The notes under the pieces are model-generated. The model was not told the origin of the DNA, ran no database searches, and was given only the letters and a program-made list of their open reading frames with translations. A stretch of 63,992 nucleotides of DNA, counting the filler, from Acidimicrobiia bacterium (GTDB lineage: Bacteria; Actinomycetota; Acidimicrobiia; Spongiisociales; CAZKJJ01): NCBI GenBank assembly GCA_046759765.1. It is 11 parts of 11 records of this genome, joined end to end, with 100 filler letters (N's around TTAATTAATTAA, not from the genome) between each part and the next. Parts side by side here need not be neighbours in the genome. Positions count along the whole stretch, not along the records: positions 19,386 to 25,436 come from JBHICV010000141.1; positions 25,537 to 31,584 come from JBHICV010000142.1; 9 more parts are not named here. One strand, written 5' to 3'. A program made the translations under genes and the position numbers. The stretch's first letter is position 1; each line of letters begins with the position of its first letter. This document shows, piece after piece, positions 19,386-29,943 of this stretch.

Positions 19386-19985
19386 GTCGACCCCAGCAAC
19401 CTCACCGTTGTGGGTCACCAGCTTCTCGACGGCCACCCCCTCAATGATCCGGGCGCCGCGCGCTTTGGCACCCTTGGCTAGCGCCAGCGTGGTATCGACG
19501 GGTGATGCCACTCCGTCGCGGGGGATGTACAGGGCACCGACCAGGTCGTCCGTATAGAGCAGGGGAAACAGCTCTCTCGCCCGATCGAGATCGATTACCT
19601 CGGTCTCGACATCGCAGGTCATAGCCATGGAGGCACCGCGCAGGATCTCTTCCCAGCGCTCGGCATCGGCGGCGACGGAGATCGAACCGGGTGTGCGATA
19701 GCCGGTTGCCTGTCCCGTCTCGTCTTCGAGCTCTTCGAACAATCGAGCCGAATACGTCGCCAGCTTGGTGAGGCTGTGTGAGGCCTTGAGCTGTGACACG
19801 AGGCCTGCCGCGTGCCAGGTGGTGCCGCCGGTCAGCTCTCCCTGTTCGACGACGATGACATCGGTAATCCCACGTCGGGTCAGGTGGTATGCGACGCTGC
19901 AGCCGACGACTCCGCCGCCGATGACCAGCACCTCAGTGCGATCAGGCAGCCCAGGATCCTGTTGAGCGTGGGCGTTATCAGGCAC
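19386..19985 (-). CDS. GcvT-family FAD-dependent amine dehydrogenase (sarcosine/dimethylglycine dehydrogenase-like), 3' truncated
   Basis: VIGGGVVGCSVAYHL, LTGGTTWHAAGLV. Confidence 0.88.
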
Positions 19986-20111
19986 GGGCCGACACTATCT
20001 CATCAGCTTTCTTCCCATCGGGCGACAGTACCGTCGCTATATCGCCTGGACGGGCCGTCGGCCAAGAGCGCCGTTGAAGCTGGGTCACCCGAGGACTAAG
20101 TGGCGAAAGGC

Positions 20112-21518
20112 TCATGAGTCGAATCCCACTCCGAACCGGTCGAGCAGGCCGAGCCATAGCCCTCGCTTTCCCCCACGGCGGTCGGCGCGCTGGATGGCCT
20201 TTCGGGTCAGCGCGACTCCGGCCCACCGCAATGGCTCTGGGGGGAAGGGAAAGGGGTGGTTTCGAACCATATCGAGATCGGTGCGTTCGGTGGCATGCCC
20301 GAAGACGAGATCCAGCGCCACCCTGGCACCGAACCGGCTAGCTCCCACGCCGAGGCCGGTGTAGCCGGCCACCCAGGCAAGCCGTCCCTGGTAGGCGGTC
20401 CCCCAGGTCGCGGCGAAGTTGGTCGTCGTTCCGATCGGCCCGCCCCAGCGATGGGTGAAGCGAAGGCCCTCGAGCTGAGGGAAGGTCTGGGAGAAGTGTC
20501 TGGCCAGCATGCCGTGGGTTCGGTCGCTTTGATCGTGCCGTGGATCGAGGCCATTGTCGTAGTGGTAGGTGGCGTCGTAGCCGCCCCAGAGAACGCGGTC
20601 ATCCTCAGTCAGGCGGTAATAGTGGAATTGGTTGGACACGTCGCCTATGCCCTCGCGTTCTTTCCATCCGATCGAGGCGAGCTGCTCGCTGTTCAATGGT
20701 TCGGTCATCAAGACATGGTCGTAAACAGGAATCACGTAACGGCGCGGGCGGCGGACCGGACCCGTATAGGCATTGGTCGCCATCACCACCCGGTCCGATC
20801 GAACGGTGCCGGAGGGCGTCTCGACTACCAAGACCCCTTCCTCGGCTTCGACCGCGGTGACAGGTGACCGTTCCATTACCGTTCCGCCGAGCTGCTCGAC
20901 TGCGGCCCGCAGCCCCCAGCACAGCCGAGCGGGATCGACCAGCGCCGTGTCGTTGTGGCGAACCAGCCCGCCGATATATGTGGGCGAACGCACCCGGGCC
21001 TGCATCCCCTCGGCATCCAGCAACTCCATGTCATCGCCGACGGACAGGTGAGCCTCCAGGCTGTCCTCCAACACGTCGATATGCCAAGGAGCAGTGGCGA
21101 CGCCGATCTCTGGGGCTCGACGAAAATCAGCGTCGATCCGATAGCGGTCGATGGCAGCTTCGATCCCGTTGAGGTTGTCACGGCCGAGGCGAACGAGCGT
21201 CTTGATGTCAGCCGGCCAGTGGGAGATGCTGTTCTCGAGCCCATGGGTCAGCGAGCTGTCGCAGAAACCGCCATTGCGAGAGCTGGCACCGAATCCGCAT
21301 CGTTCACCCTCGAGGACCACCACGTCCAACCCGGGCTGCTCCTCGAGCGCCTGAATCGCCGCCCACAGCCCCGTGAAGCCTCCCCCGATAATCGCGAGAT
21401 CGGCGGTACCGTCGCCGTTGAGGGCGGGAGCGACCGGTGGAGCATCATCTCGGTCCGACCAGAAGACCGACGGTTTGGCGTCGGCGAGGGCCTGAGCGGC
21501 CCAGCCCTCAGCTCCCAT
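20112..21518 (-). CDS. FAD-dependent oxidoreductase (PuuB/DAO family)
   Basis: IIGGGFTGLW, GASSRNGG, ATNAY, FHYYRLT, GYTGLGVG, FPPEPLR. Confidence 0.85.
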   Translation of the reverse strand: MGAEGWAAQALADAKPSVFWSDRDDAPPVAPALNGDGTADLAIIGGGFTGLWAAIQALEEQPGLDVVVLEGERCGFGASSRNGGFCDSSLTHGLENSISHWPADIKTLVRLGRDNLNGIEAAIDRYRIDADFRRAPEIGVATAPWHIDVLEDSLEAHLSVGDDMELLDAEGMQARVRSPTYIGGLVRHNDTALVDPARLCWGLRAAVEQLGGTVMERSPVTAVEAEEGVLVVETPSGTVRSDRVVMATNAYTGPVRRPRRYVIPVYDHVLMTEPLNSEQLASIGWKEREGIGDVSNQFHYYRLTEDDRVLWGGYDATYHYDNGLDPRHDQSDRTHGMLARHFSQTFPQLEGLRFTHRWGGPIGTTTNFAATWGTAYQGRLAWVAGYTGLGVGASRFGARVALDLVFGHATERTDLDMVRNHPFPFPPEPLRWAGVALTRKAIQRADRRGGKRGLWLGLLDRFGVGFDS

Positions 21519-21602
21519 TTCCCGGCCGCCGATCACCGGTCGAATCGAGCCGTGACCGGTGCCATCCCCTTGCACGAGGCTCCGCATGGATCTGAGGGGA
21601 GG

Positions 21603-24062
21603 TCACATGTGGACACGGGCGTTCTGGGGGTCGTACATCTGGCGAAGTGAGGCCTTGGCCGGGTAGCGCTCACCGGCGACCAGAATCTCGAAGTCGCCCG
21701 ACTTCACCAAGTCGACCGTCACGCCTCCAGGGTGTTCCACGTAGCCGTATCCCATGGCGGCGCCCAACGTGTGCCCATAGGCGCCGGACCGGATGTATCC
21801 CACGGTTTCGCCCTCGAGGAGGATCGGCTCCTCGCCGTAGAGGAGCGGCTCGGGATCGTCGAGGAGGAACAACAGCAGCCGCGAGGTCAACGGCTGGTTC
21901 TCGTGCTGTTTGAGGAGGGCTTCGCGGCCTACGAATCCATCCGGCTTGTCGAAGTCGACGGCGAAGCCGAGGCCGGCTTCGAGCGCGGTGTCCGAGTTCT
22001 CCATGTCGAGGCCGTAGTCCTTCCTTCCCGCTTCGGTGCGGGTGCTCTCGAGGGTCTCCATCCCGGCATGAACAAGATCGAACTCTGCGCCCACCTCGGC
22101 GATCCGGTCGTATACGGAAAGGGTGAATTCCGTCGGGATGTAGAGCTCCCACCCGAGCTCTCCGACGAAGCTGAGCCGGTACGCAAGGCCGCGGCTGTAG
22201 TGCAGGTCGATTTCCTGGGCGGTGAAGTAGGGGAAGCCCTCGTTGCTCAGATCGGCGGTCGTGATCTTGCTCAGTAGGTTGCGTGAGTCGGGCCCCTGCA
22301 CGCTGAGCAGCCCGTAGCCGGAGGTCACGTCGGTGACCGACACATGGGAATCCGACTCTATGGCCCTCCGCAGCATGGCTTCGGTACGTCGGTGGAACGA
22401 CTCGGCAACGACGACGAGGTACTGGTCGTCTCCAATGCGAGTCACGGTGAGGTCGGCCTCCACCCCTCCGTTCTGGTTCATCCACTGGGTGTAGACGCAC
22501 TGTCCGAGGGGCACGGTGACGTTGTTGCCCGAGATCCAATTCAACGTTCGCTCGGCGTCGGGGCCCTGCACCAGAAACTTCGACATTGCCGACATGTCGA
22601 AGAGGGCGACGCCATTGCGCACCGCATGGTGCTCCTGAGCGTGATAGTCGAACCAGTCCTGCCGCCTATAGCTGAGCCTGGGCTTGATCTCGGCGTCGGC
22701 CGGGGCGAACCAGGCGGTCAGTTCCCACCCGGCGGCCTCGCCGAAGTGAGCTCCCGCCGCCTCGAGCCGCTCGTGAATCGGCGACCGTCGCGCGTTACGC
22801 GCCGTCTTTGGATGCGAATGCGGCCACGACCCGGTCGAGTGAAGCCGACCGAGCAATTCCGTGCTCCGCTCGGCCAGGTAGGTGCGGTTGGTCTGCCAAG
22901 GGAACAGCCGGGCCGGGTCCAGATCGGTCACGTCGATCGGGGGAAGGCCGTCGACGATCCAGTGAGCGATGACCGACCCGGCACCGCCGCCGGTGAGGAT
23001 GCCGAGCGAGTTGAACCCTGCCGCGATGAAGAAGTTGATCAGCTCGGGCGACTCTCCGACCAAGAACCCATTGTCGGGGGTGAAGCTCTCCGGGCCCGTG
23101 AAAAGCTTGCGTACGCCGACGTGTTCCAGCGCGGGGAGCGTCTCCATGGCAACCTCGAGGAATGGTCCGAGCCGGTCCCAGTTGGACGGGATCTCCCTGA
23201 AGCTGAAGTCGTCCGGGATCTCGTCGAGCGACCACGGAGCCGAGACCGGCTCGAAGAGACCCACCATGAGGCCACCGGTCTCCTCGCGGTAATAGGCGAA
23301 TCGATCCGGGTCCTCGAAGATCGGCAGGTCCGGTGAGACTCCCTCGAACGGTTCGCTGATCAGGTAGGCGTGTTCGATCGCCTGCAGCGGCACCGCCACC
23401 CCCGCCATGGCGCCGATCCGTTTGGCCCACATGCCTCCGCAGTTGACGACGTACTCGGCTTCGATCGGGCCGTGCTGGGTGACGACGCCGGTGACGCGGC
23501 CGTCCCGCTGGGTGATGCCAGTGACCGGGGTGTCCTCAACGATACGGACACCGCCCATCCTCGCTCCTTTGGCGAGTGACATGGCAACGTTCGCCGGGTC
23601 GGCCCTTCCCTCGTTGGCGGTGTAGAAGCCGGCGGTGACGAAGCTGGTGTCGATCTGTGGCCACAGGCCGGCGACCTCAGCGGGCGAGATCTCCTCACGC
23701 TCGATCCCCATCAGCCGCAAGAAGTCGGCCTCGCGCCGCAGCTTGTGGGTACGCTCGTCCGAGCTGGAGGTCTGGAGATAGCCGACCGGGCGAAATCCGG
23801 TGGAGAGGCCGGTCTCCTCCTCGAGAACCTCATAGAGATCACGTGAGTACTTGGTCATCCACGCCAGGGTCTCGGTGGTCATGCCGCCCGAGACGATGAG
23901 ACCGGCGGCGTGCCAGGTGGTCCCCGAGGTCAGCTTGTCGCGCTCCAGCAGCACCACATCGTCCCAGCCGAGCTTGGCTAGGTGGTAGGCGACGCTGCAG
24001 CCGCTCACCCCACCGCCGATGATCACGACGCGCGCTCGGTCGGGTTGATCTTCCTTCGGCAT
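21603..24062 (-). CDS. GcvT-family FAD-dependent amine dehydrogenase/oxidase
   Basis: IIGGGVSGCSVAYHL, LTSGTTWHAAG, GPESFTPD, GELGWELY, GYIRSGAYGHTLG; DAO + GcvT architecture. Confidence 0.92.
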   Translation of the reverse strand: MPKEDQPDRARVVIIGGGVSGCSVAYHLAKLGWDDVVLLERDKLTSGTTWHAAGLIVSGGMTTETLAWMTKYSRDLYEVLEEETGLSTGFRPVGYLQTSSSDERTHKLRREADFLRLMGIEREEISPAEVAGLWPQIDTSFVTAGFYTANEGRADPANVAMSLAKGARMGGVRIVEDTPVTGITQRDGRVTGVVTQHGPIEAEYVVNCGGMWAKRIGAMAGVAVPLQAIEHAYLISEPFEGVSPDLPIFEDPDRFAYYREETGGLMVGLFEPVSAPWSLDEIPDDFSFREIPSNWDRLGPFLEVAMETLPALEHVGVRKLFTGPESFTPDNGFLVGESPELINFFIAAGFNSLGILTGGGAGSVIAHWIVDGLPPIDVTDLDPARLFPWQTNRTYLAERSTELLGRLHSTGSWPHSHPKTARNARRSPIHERLEAAGAHFGEAAGWELTAWFAPADAEIKPRLSYRRQDWFDYHAQEHHAVRNGVALFDMSAMSKFLVQGPDAERTLNWISGNNVTVPLGQCVYTQWMNQNGGVEADLTVTRIGDDQYLVVVAESFHRRTEAMLRRAIESDSHVSVTDVTSGYGLLSVQGPDSRNLLSKITTADLSNEGFPYFTAQEIDLHYSRGLAYRLSFVGELGWELYIPTEFTLSVYDRIAEVGAEFDLVHAGMETLESTRTEAGRKDYGLDMENSDTALEAGLGFAVDFDKPDGFVGREALLKQHENQPLTSRLLLFLLDDPEPLLYGEEPILLEGETVGYIRSGAYGHTLGAAMGYGYVEHPGGVTVDLVKSGDFEILVAGERYPAKASLRQMYDPQNARVHM

Positions 24063-24156
24063 CAGTCCCACGCCGCTACGAATCGCCTCGGCGCTTAGCG
24101 TCAAGTTCTCTAGCGGCGCCTCTGAGCGTAGGAACCCAACCCGCCACTGTGGGCTC

Positions 24157-24510
24157 TCACTCGGCCGTCATGTAGAACTTCCGAACGGGCTCGTAGACGA
24201 CCCAGGTCAAGCTGCTCCCCTTCGGCAGGAAGAAGCTGTCGCCGGCGCCGAAGATCTCCTCGCGGCCGTCCTCGTTGTCGATGATTCCGAGCTTCCCTGA
24301 GAGCAGGGTGACGAACTCGTCCTCAGCATGGTTCTCTTCGAGCATTCGTCCCGAAGAACATGTCCAGACACCGGTTGTGTTGCCGTCCTTCGAGTAGTAC
24401 TCGTGGGTGCTCTCTAGCGGCGTGCCCTCGATCGCACCCTCGGCAGGCTCAGGTCCGTAGTTGGGTTGCTCTATGTCCTTTTCGACCATTCGGATGATGT
24501 TGGTGCTCAT
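24157..24510 (-). CDS. Cupin (DUF861/EutQ-like)
   Basis: TGVWTCSSG, DEFVTLLSG, AGDSFFLPKG, VRKFY. Confidence 0.85.
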   Translation of the reverse strand: MSTNIIRMVEKDIEQPNYGPEPAEGAIEGTPLESTHEYYSKDGNTTGVWTCSSGRMLEENHAEDEFVTLLSGKLGIIDNEDGREEIFGAGDSFFLPKGSSLTWVVYEPVRKFYMTAE

Positions 24511-24531
24511 CGGGGATCCTCCTTCCATCGT

Positions 24532-25014
24532 CTAAAGCGGTTGGTCGCCGTCCGGGTGGCGTTGCCCGTCTGGGGGGATCCCCCAGGCATAGGTCTGCTT
24601 GGTAAGCCGGAGGTACGTGTGGGCCTCGACCGACGACACCCCGTCAAGCGACCGCAGGTCGCTCAGCACTTCCAGCAGATGATCGTTGTCCGAGCACAGT
24701 ACCTCGACGAGCATGTCGAAGCGGCCCGACGTGAGGACGACGTAGACGGCGTAGTCACGGGCGCCGATCTCGTCACTGAGCGCCTCGATATCTCCGTCAA
24801 TCGTCAGACCGACCATGGCCTGGACGGTGAAACCGATGCTGAGCGGGTCCGTGATGCCCACAATCTCCACGATCCCCGATTCCAGCAGTCGATTCACGCG
24901 GAGTCGGATAGCGGCCTGACCGAGGTCGATCTCCTCCGCCAAGTCGGCATAGCTCCTGCGCCCGTTGATCTGGAGGGCGGCGATGATCTGCAGATCCTTG
25001 TCGTCAACTGCCAC
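24532..25014 (-). CDS. Lrp/AsnC family transcriptional regulator
   Basis: DDKDLQIIAALQINGRRSYADLA HTH; YVVLTSGRFDMLVEV. Confidence 0.92.
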   Translation of the reverse strand: MAVDDKDLQIIAALQINGRRSYADLAEEIDLGQAAIRLRVNRLLESGIVEIVGITDPLSIGFTVQAMVGLTIDGDIEALSDEIGARDYAVYVVLTSGRFDMLVEVLCSDNDHLLEVLSDLRSLDGVSSVEAHTYLRLTKQTYAWGIPPDGQRHPDGDQPL

Positions 25015-25196
25015 CCTGGACTCCCGTTGGCGGGCGGCCGGAAGTTCCCTCAGCATGCCGGTCTCTCATCGCGAGACAATCCCGCTCTCCGTTGCTGATT
25101 CGATATGCGAGGCACGCTATTAGTTGCAGATCGCTCGAATGCCGTGGTAACAATAGCGTAATCTGAGGTCCCTGCCTCGTTGACTGGAGGCCCGGA

Positions 25197-25436
25197 GTGA
25201 GCAAGGTCGATCCGGACCGAGTGGCGGAACTCACCAAGTCGATGGAGGAGTCCCTCCGCCTCCGCACCCGGAAATCGGGAGAGTTCGTCCAACAGGCCAA
25301 ACAGGTGCTCCCGGGTGGCGTGGCCTCGTCCTTCCAGGCCCACGATCCTCACCCCATCTTCATAGTGGAGGGTCAGGGTTCGCGTGTCGTGGATCTCGAT
25401 GGCAATGCGTACACAGACTTTCACAACGGATTCGGA
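25197..25436 (+). CDS. Class III PLP aminotransferase (GSA-mutase-like), 3' truncated
   Basis: LPGGVASSFQ, GQGSRVVDLDGNAYTDFHNGFG. Confidence 0.8.
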
Positions 25437-25536
25437 NNNNNNNNNNNNNNNNNNNNNNNNNNNNNNNNNNNNNNNNNNNNTTAATTAATTAANNNNNNNN
25501 NNNNNNNNNNNNNNNNNNNNNNNNNNNNNNNNNNNN

Positions 25537-26843
25537 GGGACACGAACTCCGGACAGCAGCTACTGGCGCTCGAGGGTCACGCGGCATCCGTCTGCGGCGT
25601 CAACTTCGGCCCCTTGGGCCGACGGATCGCCACCGGAAGCAACGACGGCACCGCACGGCTATGGGACTCGGAGACCGGAGAGCCATTGCTGGAAGTGTCA
25701 GCAGGTCGCGGGATCAACAACGTGGTGTTCAGTCCTGACGGCTCACGAATCGCGACTACCCAACGCGACGGCACCGCCAAAATCTGGAACGTATCTGATC
25801 AAGGCGGCGGCGAACTGCTCGTGCTCTCCGGCTCGAGCCCCGTAGGAGGGGTGGCGTTTGGCCCCGACTCCCTGGCCACACGAACCCAGGATGGCCTCGT
25901 AAGCGTGTTTCGCTGGCCTTCCGGTGAGCAACTGTTCGAAGTGGAGGGTGGCAGGGGGCCTGGCCGGGTGGCTCTCAGCCCCGACGGATCTCAGCTCGGT
26001 GGCCCCGGCCCCGATAGCACCGCGCTGATCTGGGAGGCGGATTCGGGTCAGGTGGTGCACACGCTGGAAGCGCACCTCGAGCCCGTACTGAGCGTGGCGT
26101 TCAGTCATGGCGGGGAGTGGATCGCTACCAGCAGTGACGAAGGTACGGTTGCTCTTTGGCACGCCGCCACCGGTGAGGAGCGACCGGGTGAGTTCCAGGC
26201 GTATGGCTTTCTCGCGACTCGTGCGCCCCCTTTCACCCTCCACGCAAGTTTCGTGGATGTGTACACCGCCGAATTCACTCCAGATGATGAAGTCGTCCTG
26301 TCGGCGGGAGAGGATGGCGTGGCCCAGCTCTCCGAAGTCCCGACCGGAAGAGCCCTCCGTAGATTCAACAATCCCACGGCCGTTAGGTCAGCCACGGTAA
26401 GTCCTGATGGGAGGCGGCTGGCTTACGCCACTGAGGGCGGAGCGGTCGAGATTTGGAGTGTCGGGACGCCCGACGGGTCGTTGGCGGATGTGGAGACGAT
26501 ACAGCGATGGCAGATACTCGAAGTATCAGGGTCGGCCGTGAACGATGTCGCATTCTCTCCCGACGGCAATCGCCTCGCTACCGGCTCGGCGGACGGAGTC
26601 GTCCAGATCTGGGATGTCGCCAGTGGGGCAGATCTTCTGGCAATCGCGCTGCATGACGGTGCGGTGACCGACGTCGAGTTCTCCCGCGATGGTCGTTACC
26701 TGGCTACCGGCGGCTCGGATGGCTTCACCCACGTTCTGGTTCTCGAGGCGAGCGAGCTGATCGAGTTGGCCGAGTCGCGGGTGACGCGGTCGTTCACCGA
26801 TGCCGAGTGCCAGCGGTACCTGCATGTGGAGGCCTGTCCGTAA
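25537..26843 (+). CDS. WD40-repeat protein (C-terminal part; 5' truncated)
   Basis: Repeated FSPDG..IATGS.DG..RLWD units; terminal RVTRSFTDAECQRYL motif. Confidence 0.9.
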
Positions 26844-26847
26844 GCCC

Positions 26848-27426
26848 TCAGCCGGATGCCGTCCCGACGTTGAAGTCGACGTGCCATTGGGCCATTTGAA
26901 GCCGAAGGTATTCGGAGGGTTCCCGGATGCGTTCCCCGACCTCGATGCTGTAGGAGATGGCCCACGGGATGCCCGCGACCTCGAAGGCGAAGTCACACCG
27001 TTCCCCATCGATCGATCCTTGTTCGAGCTGTCCCTGTCCGAGTACGCCCCCCACTTCGTCCCTAACGACCACTGGAAGCCCTGCTCGAAGGTCACTGAAG
27101 TCGCCGGTCCCGGCGCAATCATCGGCTGTGCCAGAGAAAGAACCGAACAAGTGGACCATGCCGGTGAGGGTATTGATCGGGGAGACGGTCACTACCAAGG
27201 TGATGGTGGTCTGGCCCGGGTCAGCCTCAGCGCCTGCCTGAGGCTGCTGCCGGATCACCTGGCCTACTGGAACGCCGTCTTGATTCTGCACGGCGACGTC
27301 ATAGCCGGCTTCGGTCATCAGCTCGATAGCTTCGCTCTCGGTCTGGCCAACGCCGTCGGGAACCAGCACAGCTGATGAGCAAGCCACGGCCGCTGCCAAG
27401 AGAGGGACGCACAGCGCGACACGCAT
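26848..27426 (-). CDS. PASTA-domain lipoprotein
   Basis: Lipobox AVAC; VPDGVGQTESEAIELM...GQVIRQQPQAG. Confidence 0.7.
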   Translation of the reverse strand: MRVALCVPLLAAAVACSSAVLVPDGVGQTESEAIELMTEAGYDVAVQNQDGVPVGQVIRQQPQAGAEADPGQTTITLVVTVSPINTLTGMVHLFGSFSGTADDCAGTGDFSDLRAGLPVVVRDEVGGVLGQGQLEQGSIDGERCDFAFEVAGIPWAISYSIEVGERIREPSEYLRLQMAQWHVDFNVGTASG

Positions 27427-27444
27427 CCGGGATCCAACCTACCC

Positions 27445-28689
27445 CTACGGTGTCGGGGAGATCGGCTCGTCGGCCACCGTCAGCCCCTCAGGTGGCGGCA
27501 CTGGCTTCTCCCGCAGCCGATCGATAGATGCTGCCTCGCGGAAGGCCACCACGGCGACGGTGAGAACGGCCACTCCGGTCGCAACGAGTGTTTGCTGAAC
27601 GCCCCAAGCCGCCGCCAGGGCGGGAGCGATGGCGAGGGGGACCAGCTCAGCGGTGGTGGCGTGGACCTGCACCACGCCGGTGATCCGTCCGATCAGCGGC
27701 TCGGGCGAGTTGAGATGGATCAGCGTTCTGACGAGCGGGAACATGAAGCCGATCAGCACGCCCCAGACGATCGCCCCGAGCACAACCACAGGGACCCGAT
27801 CCGTTCCGACATACAGGAGAATCCCCAGCGCATTGAGGCCAAAGAAGAGGACCGCTCCGCGGGCGGTGTGGAACCTCTTGGGTATCCGGGGTAGCAAGAG
27901 TGACCCAGAGACCAGACCGACACCGAAGATCGTGTTGATCCATCCCAGCGCTTCGATCCCGACTCCAAGGACGTCTCGATAAAAGAGGGGCTCGAGGGCC
28001 CCGAAGGCCCCGAACGCGAACCACAGAGCCGTGCCCAGCAGGATGTAGAAGCGGAGCTGGCGGCTCCGATAGGAGTAGCGGAAGCCCTCCCTGAGCTCGC
28101 GGAGAGCGCCACGGCGTGCCTCCCGCTCGAGAGGTCGAACGGTCACGAACGCGACGAGCCCGACGGCGACAAGCGAGGTGAGAGCGTCGACGACGAAGAT
28201 CCAGTCCACGTTGGCGTAGGTGACGATCAGGGCACCGAGCGCAGGTCCGGCGACGAAGGCGGCCGTGCCGGCCGCCTCCAGTCGGGAGTTGATCCACTCC
28301 AGGCGGTCCGGTTCATCGGTCAGATAGGGCGCGAACGAGTTCACCGCGGTGAAAACCGGCGCCTGAAAGAATCCGAGCAGAGCGGCGAAGAGTGTGAGCT
28401 CGGCCATGTTGTTGGCCAGCAGCACAGAGAGCGTGGCCGGTACGAAGAGGATCTCGCCGACCATCATCACCCGTCGCGGATCGAACCGGTCGATCAGAAC
28501 TCCTGAGAGGGCCGATCCAATCAGAACCGAGATGCTCAACGCGGCCATCATCAAGGCGAGCTCACCCGCGGTGGTGTCGAACTGGAAAGCCGCCTTTCCC
28601 CACAGGCCGACGAAGAAGGCGGCCTCGCCGCCCGTTCGGGAGATGAAGCGGGCGCCGGCGACTAGGGCGACGTTGCGGTCTCTGAGCAT
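27445..28689 (-). CDS. MFS transporter
   Basis: About 12 TM segments; GVLIDRFDPRR, GPALGA, ELREGFRY. Confidence 0.88.
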   Translation of the reverse strand: MLRDRNVALVAGARFISRTGGEAAFFVGLWGKAAFQFDTTAGELALMMAALSISVLIGSALSGVLIDRFDPRRVMMVGEILFVPATLSVLLANNMAELTLFAALLGFFQAPVFTAVNSFAPYLTDEPDRLEWINSRLEAAGTAAFVAGPALGALIVTYANVDWIFVVDALTSLVAVGLVAFVTVRPLEREARRGALRELREGFRYSYRSRQLRFYILLGTALWFAFGAFGALEPLFYRDVLGVGIEALGWINTIFGVGLVSGSLLLPRIPKRFHTARGAVLFFGLNALGILLYVGTDRVPVVVLGAIVWGVLIGFMFPLVRTLIHLNSPEPLIGRITGVVQVHATTAELVPLAIAPALAAAWGVQQTLVATGVAVLTVAVVAFREAASIDRLREKPVPPPEGLTVADEPISPTP

Positions 28690-28777
28690 GATCTAAGGGC
28701 TGGGAGACGAGCCGTTATAGCCCAAACCGTCGGCCGATGAGCTGAATTCCGTTAACCGGACCAGCCGTTTTCGTCAC

Positions 28778-29821
28778 ATGAGTCGTCTGAGGGCGCTTGA
28801 ATCGTTCGCCAAGGTGACCGACTTAGAACAGTTTTGTAGGGGCCTGCCGAAAGCTGAGCTGCACGTCCATATCGAAGGGACGCTCGAGCCGGAACTGACA
28901 TTCGAGCTCGCTCGCCGCAACGATATCGCGCTCGGCTACTCGTCAGTAGATGAGGTGCGCGCCGCCTACGAGTTCACCAACCTCCAGTCGTTCTTGGACA
29001 TCTACTACCAAGGCGCGCAGGTCGTGCAGACCGAGCGCGACTTCTACGACCTGATGTTGGCCTACCTCGAGCGAGCTGCTGCCGACGGCGTCCGCCGCGC
29101 CGAGATCTTCTTCGATCCTCAGATCCATACGGAGCGTGGGTTCGGATTCGATGTGTTCATGCCGGGCTTTCACCAGGCGCAGACAGACGCGGAGGAGGAG
29201 TTTGGGATCTCTTCCGACCTGATCCTTTGCTTCCTCCGGCACCTTTCGGGCGACCAGGCCGTGGCCACGCTGCGGGAAGCCATGCCATTCCGTGACTGGT
29301 TCATCGGTGTGGGACTCGACTCCTCTGAGATCGGCAACCCGCCCGAAAAGTTCGAGGAAGCCTTTCGTCTTGCTCTCCAGGAGGGTCTGCGGGCGGTGGC
29401 ACATGCCGGCGAGGAGGGTCCTCCGTCTTATGTCGCCGGAGCCCTTGACACCCTCGGGGCTGAGCGAATTGATCATGGAGTCCGGGCGGCCGAGGACGAA
29501 GTTCTGTTGCAGCGCCTCGTCGCCGACGAGATCCCTTTGACAATGTGTCCGATCTCGAATGTCCGGCTGAGAGCCTTCGACCGGCTCGAGGATCACATCC
29601 TCGCGGACCTTCTCAGACAGGCTGCGAAGGTCTCGATCAACTCGGACGACCCTTCCTATTTCGGCGGCTACGTGGGTGACAACTACGTGAAGACGGCGGA
29701 GGCTCTCGGCCTCAGCCGGGAGGAGTTGGCTACCGTCGCCCGCAACTCTTTCGAGGCGGCTTTCGTGAGCGATGAGGCTAGGGCCGGGTATTTGGCAGAG
29801 GTCGATGAGCACGTGAGTTGA
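28778..29821 (+). CDS. add: Adenosine/adenine deaminase
   Basis: LPKAELHVHIEG, AHAGEE, RIDHG, INSDDPSYFGG. Confidence 0.9.
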   Translation: MSRLRALESFAKVTDLEQFCRGLPKAELHVHIEGTLEPELTFELARRNDIALGYSSVDEVRAAYEFTNLQSFLDIYYQGAQVVQTERDFYDLMLAYLERAAADGVRRAEIFFDPQIHTERGFGFDVFMPGFHQAQTDAEEEFGISSDLILCFLRHLSGDQAVATLREAMPFRDWFIGVGLDSSEIGNPPEKFEEAFRLALQEGLRAVAHAGEEGPPSYVAGALDTLGAERIDHGVRAAEDEVLLQRLVADEIPLTMCPISNVRLRAFDRLEDHILADLLRQAAKVSINSDDPSYFGGYVGDNYVKTAEALGLSREELATVARNSFEAAFVSDEARAGYLAEVDEHVS

Positions 29822-29908
29822 CCGTTCGCGTCAATGGACGCGTCGCTATCCGACGCCCCGATTGACAGGAACGAGCTATCTCGGCTCGGAGACCGTTCCC
29901 AGAGCCGG

Positions 29909-29935
29909 GGGGCGCCACCTGCGAGGCGGCGCCCC
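29909..29935. terminator. GC-rich hairpin between convergent genes
   Basis: GGGGCGCC-ACCTGCGAGGC-GGCGCCCC. Confidence 0.45.
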
Positions 29936-29943
29936 ACTTGGCA

